A stretch of DNA of 63,955 nucleotides, the filler included. It is 8 parts of 8 records of this genome, joined end to end, with 100 filler letters (N's around TTAATTAATTAA, not from the genome) between each part and the next. Parts side by side here need not be neighbours in the genome. Positions count along the whole stretch, not along the records: positions 53,034 to 63,955 come from SRR31147125_14463; 7 more parts are not named here. One strand, written 5' to 3'. The notes beneath the pieces are model-generated. The model was given only the letters and a program-made list of their open reading frames with translations. It was not told the origin of the DNA and did not search any database. Positions 60,609-63,955 of the stretch are shown piece by piece. A program made the position numbers and the translations under genes. Each line of letters begins with the position of its first letter. The first letter of the stretch is position 1.

Positions 60609-62537
60609 TTAAGCTACTATGGGTATTTCAATTTTCACCAGTGTTCCTTTTCGTTTTCCTTCTATGTTATTGAGGTCAGTTACCTCAAGCCCAATTGCTC
60701 GTTTTGTTCTTTTTGCAAGAACTATTCTTCTCTGCTCAAATATATTCATCGACATAGATCGGTGTTTTTTCAACTTATTCACTTCTGCACGGTTAATTCC
60801 AACACCGTTATCGATCACTTCAATATGCAAAAAAGAATCTTTTTCTTCAATCTTTAGTTCGAGTAAACCTTTGTAATCAATGTTATCTAATCCATGTTTT
60901 ATTGCATTTTCCACAAAAGGTTGTACAAGCATGGGCGGAATGCTAATAAAGTCAGTTTCTAGCTCTTCATCGTAGATAATTTCGAATTCAAAATTATTCT
61001 CCATCCGCATTTTTTCCAGCTCAATATAGCTGCGCAAGGTTTCTATTTCATCGGAAACCGAAACGAACTCTTGGGTAGAATGTTCAAGAATATTACGTGT
61101 TAATGATGCAAAATTGCTGAGATAGCCAGCAGCTCTTTGGGTTTCGTTTTTAAGCATGAAATTCTGAATACTTCCCAAGGCATTAAACAGAAAATGTGGA
61201 TTCATTTGAGAACGAAGGAGTTGTTGTTTTAGCATCTCTTGACGTTGAATATTCACCTTTTTCTTTCGCATATACACAAATATTCCCAATAAAATAAAAA
61301 GAAACAGGATGACAGTTGCTGCAATAAAAAGCCACATTCTCTGGGTTTTAAGTGTATTTTCGCTTGTTAGCAATTCAATTTGCTGTTCTTTTACTTTGGT
61401 TTCGTACTTTGTGTTTAGCTCCGCAACATTCTTTTTAACCTCCGCAGATGATATAGAATCTAAAGCAGTATGATGCTTCTGCAAAAAGAGATAAGCCTGC
61501 TTAAAATTGCCTTGTGAATTGTGAAAGTCAGCCATAAATTTCAGAACATCACTCTGCTCTTCAAGTAAATCAAACTCTTCTGCCTTTTGCAATGCCTCGT
61601 TAGCATAATACAATGCAGAATCGTTCTTCCCAAGTTCTGAATAAAGCTTTGCAATGCGTCGGTATTCTTCAGTTGTACCAATACCATCGGCAATTTCTTC
61701 AGATAGTTTCAACGATTGTTTTGTATAAAAGATTGCACTATCTAAAGCTTCTATTTTAGAATGTGCTTCAGCCAAATTACCCAATCCGGCCGCAATACCT
61801 CTTCTCCATCCAATTTCTTTAGAAAAAAGAACCACCTTTCTGTAACAAACAATACTACTGTCATTCACTCCACGCTGATTATAAATATCTCCAAGCTGAT
61901 TGTAAAAAAGTGCTTTATTTCTGGGTGTAATACTATCCTGCTTCAACATCTCCTGCTTTCCCATTTTCAGGAATTCATCAGACTTCTCAATATCTCCGAG
62001 ATTCCCATGAAGCATGGCTAATTTCTGGTAGTTATTAAATATTCGAGAATCCTTATTCTTTTTTCTCAATTCCAACGATTTTAACTGGCAGTCAACAGCT
62101 TTTGTAAAGTCTGCCATATCGTTATATACTACTCCTAAATTCTCGTAACTGTTGGCTGCAATTAAATCCATTTTCTGGGCAAGATTAATCTCCAACGCTT
62201 TTTCAAAATAATCTAATGCTTTATTATTATTACCTAATATGCAGTTTGATATTCCTAGTTTATTATATATCTCAGCCAAATAAAAACTATCAGGTTGCTC
62301 ATTATTCACAAGAAACATTTGTTGCACAATTTCTTCGTATTTCAACCAGTTGCCTTTGTCCTGATAACGATTAGAAAGCGTTTTCAAAATGACCTTTTTC
62401 TCATTTATGTCTTTTGTTTTGCCAAACACTAGAGTAAGACTGTCAATTTCAGGTTGAGTATCAATCTGCGCATTTACATTACAAGGGGATAAGACCCAAA
62501 GAACATGTGTAAGAATAAAAAGAAATACAATTTTCAT
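60609..62537 (-). CDS. TPR-sensor LytS-type histidine kinase
   Basis: Signal peptide, TPR repeats, TM, LRSQMNPHFLFNAL, QPFVENAIKHG and DNG.G motifs. Confidence 0.92.
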   Translation of the reverse strand: MKIVFLFILTHVLWVLSPCNVNAQIDTQPEIDSLTLVFGKTKDINEKKVILKTLSNRYQDKGNWLKYEEIVQQMFLVNNEQPDSFYLAEIYNKLGISNCILGNNNKALDYFEKALEINLAQKMDLIAANSYENLGVVYNDMADFTKAVDCQLKSLELRKKNKDSRIFNNYQKLAMLHGNLGDIEKSDEFLKMGKQEMLKQDSITPRNKALFYNQLGDIYNQRGVNDSSIVCYRKVVLFSKEIGWRRGIAAGLGNLAEAHSKIEALDSAIFYTKQSLKLSEEIADGIGTTEEYRRIAKLYSELGKNDSALYYANEALQKAEEFDLLEEQSDVLKFMADFHNSQGNFKQAYLFLQKHHTALDSISSAEVKKNVAELNTKYETKVKEQQIELLTSENTLKTQRMWLFIAATVILFLFILLGIFVYMRKKKVNIQRQEMLKQQLLRSQMNPHFLFNALGSIQNFMLKNETQRAAGYLSNFASLTRNILEHSTQEFVSVSDEIETLRSYIELEKMRMENNFEFEIIYDEELETDFISIPPMLVQPFVENAIKHGLDNIDYKGLLELKIEEKDSFLHIEVIDNGVGINRAEVNKLKKHRSMSMNIFEQRRIVLAKRTKRAIGLEVTDLNNIEGKRKGTLVKIEIPIVA

Positions 62538-62570
62538 TTTTGGTTTTTAGTAGGCTGATGAAAATAAATA

Positions 62571-62605
62571 AAAAATCAACCTTTCCATAAGAAAGGTTGA
62601 TTTTT
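62571..62605. terminator. Bidirectional intrinsic terminator
   Basis: AAAAATCAACCTTTC-CATAA-GAAAGGTTGATTTTT. Confidence 0.85.
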
Positions 62606-62773
62606 GTGGCTAATTAATAACGAGTATAAGTTCAACGAATTGATTTGATTAAATTTATCTATTGTGCTTAATACATATCTATTGCAAAAAGCCATATATC
62701 TTAATAAACTCAAAAAAAATCAAGTTCTTGATCTCTCATATCAACCTACAGAAATGAAATTATAAAGCAAAAG

Positions 62774-63541
62774 TTAGTCTTGAAGAAACTGATTTAACAA
62801 ACCTCCAGCTTCTTTGCGCTGATTACCTCCACGTGGGCTAATTGCCGAAATAAGCTTTCGTATAGGCATTGATTGCAGCCAGATTTTTCCGGTGCCCCGA
62901 AGTGTCGCTAAGAATAACCCTTCTCCTCCAAAAACCATTGAACGTAAACCACCTGCCTGCTCTACGCTAAAATCAATAGAAGGCTCATACGCAACTATGC
63001 AACCTGTATCAACCCGAAGCACCTCATTGTTTAGTTGTCGCTCAATTACTGTTCCTCCGGCGTGTATAAATGCATTTCCATCTCCAAGTAGTTCCTGCAT
63101 AATAAAACCTTCACCACCAAAGAAGCCAGCACCCAACCGCTTATTAAATGTGATCGAGATTTTTGTTCCCATTGCAGCACATAAAAAAGCATCCTTTTGA
63201 ACAATGATGCGACCACCCATTTTTGATAATTCAAGCGGAATAATTGTTCCAGGATAAGGAGCTGAAAAAGCCACGTGCTTTTTACCCCACCCCTGATTTG
63301 CAAAATGTGTAAGGAAAAGTGATTCGCCAGTAATTAATCTGGATCCGGCAGAAAGCAGTTTGTCAAAAAAGCCTGCTCTTGGATTTGATCCATCCCCAAG
63401 TTTTGCTTCAAAGCTAATTCCATCTTCCATATAAAGCATTGCGCCAGCTTCGGCAATTACAGTCTCCCCCGGATCAAGTTCAACTTCAACTAACTGTACA
63501 TCGTGTCCAATAATTTTGTAGTCAATTTCGTGTGATTGCAT
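62774..63541 (-). CDS. TIGR00266 / AIM24 family protein
   Basis: [33 protein letters not shown] and GGEGLF.A.L.G.G..WLQS.P motifs. The ATG at 63541 is the plausible start. Confidence 0.9.
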   Translation of the reverse strand: MQSHEIDYKIIGHDVQLVEVELDPGETVIAEAGAMLYMEDGISFEAKLGDGSNPRAGFFDKLLSAGSRLITGESLFLTHFANQGWGKKHVAFSAPYPGTIIPLELSKMGGRIIVQKDAFLCAAMGTKISITFNKRLGAGFFGGEGFIMQELLGDGNAFIHAGGTVIERQLNNEVLRVDTGCIVAYEPSIDFSVEQAGGLRSMVFGGEGLFLATLRGTGKIWLQSMPIRKLISAISPRGGNQRKEAGGLLNQFLQD

Positions 63542-63670
63542 GTTTCTTGTTTTTTTATTCAAGTTTAAATTTACAAATTTTGCAAAAGCACACAGTTGAT
63601 TTTCGATAAACGATAGATGTTTGGAGGTGAAATAAGAATGATTATACAATTTCATATAACTTTGCACTCG

Positions 63671-63955
63671 ATGACAATAAATTTGCAACATATCCCAGAT
63701 CTCAGCAATGAGTTTATTTTCAAAACTTCGAGAAGTAGTGGCCCGGGCGGACAGAATGTAAACAAAGTAAACACTCGGGTTGAACTTCGTTTTAACATTG
63801 CTGAATCAAAGCTACTGACTGAGGTGCAAAAAGATCGATTGATTAAAGAATTAGCTACTAAAATCAGTCAGGATGGTTTTCTAATTGTTGTGAGTCAAAA
63901 AGAACGTTCACAAATATTAAACAAGGAAGAAGCTATTCAAAAGCTATATGGGATA
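63671..63955 (+). CDS. arfB: Alternative ribosome-rescue peptidyl-tRNA hydrolase ArfB, 3' truncated
   Basis: Not in the ORF track. ATG 63671 reads [24 protein letters not shown]...SQ.ERSQ..NKE. -7 box TAACTTTG at 63657-63664. Confidence 0.9.
   Translation, partial: MTINLQHIPDLSNEFIFKTSRSSGPGGQNVNKVNTRVELRFNIAESKLLTEVQKDRLIKELATKISQDGFLIVVSQKERSQILNKEEAIQKLYGI

Noticed and set aside
1-63955. Treating the whole window as one genomic region, e.g. linking fliD with sctU or the several glycosyltransferase clusters
   Set aside because: Seven identical N-padded linkers separate contigs with different composition, promoter styles and apparent taxa, so adjacency across linkers is artificial.

Overview
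The window is not one locus. It is eight unrelated contigs joined by 100-bp artificial linkers (N44-TTAATTAATTAA-N44), so gene neighbourhoods are only meaningful within a contig. (1) 1-5704, AT-rich flagellated anaerobe, possibly Fusobacteriota-like: fliD with a ~130-aa inserted domain, a DOMON-like lipoprotein, an apparently catalytically dead GH13 lipoprotein, and a sigma28 promoter. (2) 5805-11879, deltaproteobacterial-type: orphan sctU (NPTE variant), membrane FHA protein, PEGA Ser/Thr kinase and a DgcB-like FHA-GGDEF cyclase, with REP-like palindromes at both ends. (3) 11980-20922: sigma54-driven TorF-like porin divergent from a NifA-like GAF-AAA+ activator, with two pairs of a non-canonical palindrome, plus envelope glycosylation genes, Gpx and a transglutaminase-like protein. 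(4) 21023-30118, Bacteroidales: eda, ExuT-like MFS, MDP-1, an AraC-TM-TPR regulator with its likely operator, and a cluster of candidate paralogous sRNAs, one with 10 UAG motifs. (5) 30219-37839, Bacteroidota: GT-C proteins, a FISUMP pseudogene, and a GH16 paired with an S74/T9SS fibre protein. (6) 37940-44388, Clostridia-like: glycosylation/flippase cassette, cysS, tsaD. (7) 44489-52933, Mollicutes-like (Izemoplasmatales/Acholeplasmatales): tRNA-Ser, tex, acpS, whiA, trxB, ppaX, lgt, hprK. (8) 53034-63955, Bacteroidales: der, SulP, an OmpA operon under a LytS/LytTR system with 21-bp-periodic boxes, TIGR00266, arfB. Many genes carry single-base homopolymer deletions, most likely sequencing errors. 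The best candidates for undescribed biology are the kinase/FHA/DgcB-like/sctU module, the UAG-rich sRNA cluster and the paired ACA-N4-TGT enhancer of the NifA-like activator. All taxonomic and family assignments come from motif recognition only; no searches were run.
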